52,631 nucleotides of DNA from positions 1-52,631 of the forward strand of contig JANYDX010000248.1 in the NCBI GenBank assembly GCA_025363395.1. Direction: 5' to 3'. Positions 51,249 through 52,631 of the stretch are shown here, piece after piece (the first letter of the stretch is position 1; the number at the start of each line of letters is the position of its first letter). The stretch is from Verrucomicrobiota bacterium (GTDB taxonomy: Bacteria > Verrucomicrobiota > Verrucomicrobiia > Opitutales > Opitutaceae). The position numbers and the translations under genes were made by a program. The notes below the pieces were generated by a model that saw only the letters and a list, made by a program, of their open reading frames with translations, was not told the origin of the DNA and did no database searches.

Positions 51249-52631
51249 TCAGAGACGGCTGCGCAAATCATCGGGCAGCAGATCGCGCGCAAGTTCCCGA
51301 AGGTGCGGATCGGTAATCGCCAGTCCGTAGGCTTTGGCCAACACTTGCAGCCGGTAAAGCGCACCCGTAGTCAGCAGGCGCAAACTCGCTTCATCCGCCT
51401 CCGCCAAGCAGCGTTCCACCTGCACACGCGCCAGATCGTTCAACTTCGCCCGGGCCAGAACGACCGCGAGACTGGCCCGCCGATCCCATAAAAGAGCGCG
51501 GTCACCTTTACCCGTCAAACGGGCGCGCACTAGTTCCACGGTCTTGGCGAACGCGGCGGTATCGCCCCGCGCCAGCTCCACCTGTGCCCGGGCGACCAAC
51601 GCTCCGAGATCCCCGGGGAAACGCCGCAGTGCCTGCCCCACCGACCCCGCCAAATCCCATTGTCCCATCTCCACAAAATATTCCGCGATTCGACCCAAGA
51701 CGACCGCGTCATCCTGATCTTCGACCACCTCGAGGATCTTGACCGACTGGTTTTCAAAGCCGGTGATCGTGGGCAGTTGATAAGCCACCGGGCGGAGCCA
51801 GAGCGGCGTCTTCCAATTATGGAGCTGGCTGAGAAAAGTCCCTTCGACCTGCCCCATCCCGATGCGCGCATACTCGTCGAGATAGGAATCCCACGAGGGA
51901 ATGACGAGGTGGGTGACGCTGCGGCGGCTGATCAATTCCTTGGCCTCCTCGGGCGTGGACGCACTGACAATGCGGATGGCCGCTCCGATCCCGTCCACGT
52001 TTTCCCACGCCAAGGTTCCCAGTCCGCGCATTCCTCCATAGTAAAACAGCGTGGTGGTCTCTTTGGGCGGAGCCAGCACCACCGCGCCACCCGGACCCGC
52101 GTGTTTCGACAGCCACCGGGCGAGATCGCGTTCGATCAACCCGACGAGTTCGGCCTGGGTCAGCTGGGTCTCTTTCCCTGATCCGCCCTCCGGCACCAAC
52201 TGGACCACCCCGAACGCAACCATTGCGCCGACGAAAACAGTCCAGGCAAATCGGGCGAACCGGGCCGGCCCGGGCATTCCAGTGCACGCGACCAGCAACA
52301 CCAGCAAAATTCCATCCGCATTGCTCCAACCCCGCAGATGCCAGCTCGCAAATCCGAGCGCGAGCAACGCCGGCCCCAACATCAGGGCGGTCGACACCCG
52401 CGTAAATACCGTCGCGCCCCGCCACAGCATCAATCCACCGGCGGGCAGCACTAACAAGGCGGGCAGCAGTGTCGCCCAGACTTTTCCAGTAATTCCGTCG
52501 TGGAGCAGCCACGCCCAAAGGCTGCTGGCCACCGCACCTCCGGGAAGTTTCGTCAGGCGCAGAGAGGAGACTCCGAGCGCGAGAAATCCTTCGCTCTTGG
52601 TCTTCCACATCACCACGGGCAAAACCGCCAC
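51249..52631 (-). CDS. Polytopic membrane protein with C-terminal soluble/TPR-like domain (5' end outside window)
   Basis: Several TM helices followed by an alpha/beta domain and a helical-repeat tail; open to the window edge. Confidence 0.6.
   Translation of the reverse strand: MAVLPVVMWKTKSEGFLALGVSSLRLTKLPGGAVASSLWAWLLHDGITGKVWATLLPALLVLPAGGLMLWRGATVFTRVSTALMLGPALLALGFASWHLRGWSNADGILLVLLVACTGMPGPARFARFAWTVFVGAMVAFGVVQLVPEGGSGKETQLTQAELVGLIERDLARWLSKHAGPGGAVVLAPPKETTTLFYYGGMRGLGTLAWENVDGIGAAIRIVSASTPEEAKELISRRSVTHLVIPSWDSYLDEYARIGMGQVEGTFLSQLHNWKTPLWLRPVAYQLPTITGFENQSVKILEVVEDQDDAVVLGRIAEYFVEMGQWDLAGSVGQALRRFPGDLGALVARAQVELARGDTAAFAKTVELVRARLTGKGDRALLWDRRASLAVVLARAKLNDLARVQVERCLAEADEASLRLLTTGALYRLQVLAKAYGLAITDPHLRELARDLLPDDLRSRL

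Overview
GC-rich bacterial chromosomal window. The signature TonB-receptor N-terminal motif 'ETIVLSPFxV...GY...TLAGTR' suggests Opitutaceae/Verrucomicrobia (inference). The left part is housekeeping: an arginine cluster argC-J-B-D-F-G interrupted by a DUF3142 gene pair and a pilin-like gene, then rplM-rpsI, CCA enzyme, transaldolase, a GH20-like gene, a TonB-dependent receptor with a sigma54-like promoter, and purE/purK. The middle holds an ECF sigma/anti-sigma/RDD operon and a DUF485-actP-dctA(pseudogene) module lying between two paralogous secreted-protein genes. The most notable locus is 30.6-45.5 kb: a VWA protein, sensor kinase and OmpR-type regulator, followed by a VIT-VWA-TPR-DUF2135 protein, a small secreted protein and an alpha-2-macroglobulin split by one in-frame TAG. 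Four promoters in this locus share a phased TGAC/TTAC array with a fixed spacing to a -10 box, and one of them has no obvious downstream gene. All three effector proteins carry a grafted TonB-receptor N-terminal segment (TonB box with or without the start of the plug) but no barrel; in the macroglobulin it sits in the bait region. The right end has GH28, CE2-like and GH26 genes, a DUF255 protein lacking its CxxC motif, and a truncated membrane protein.
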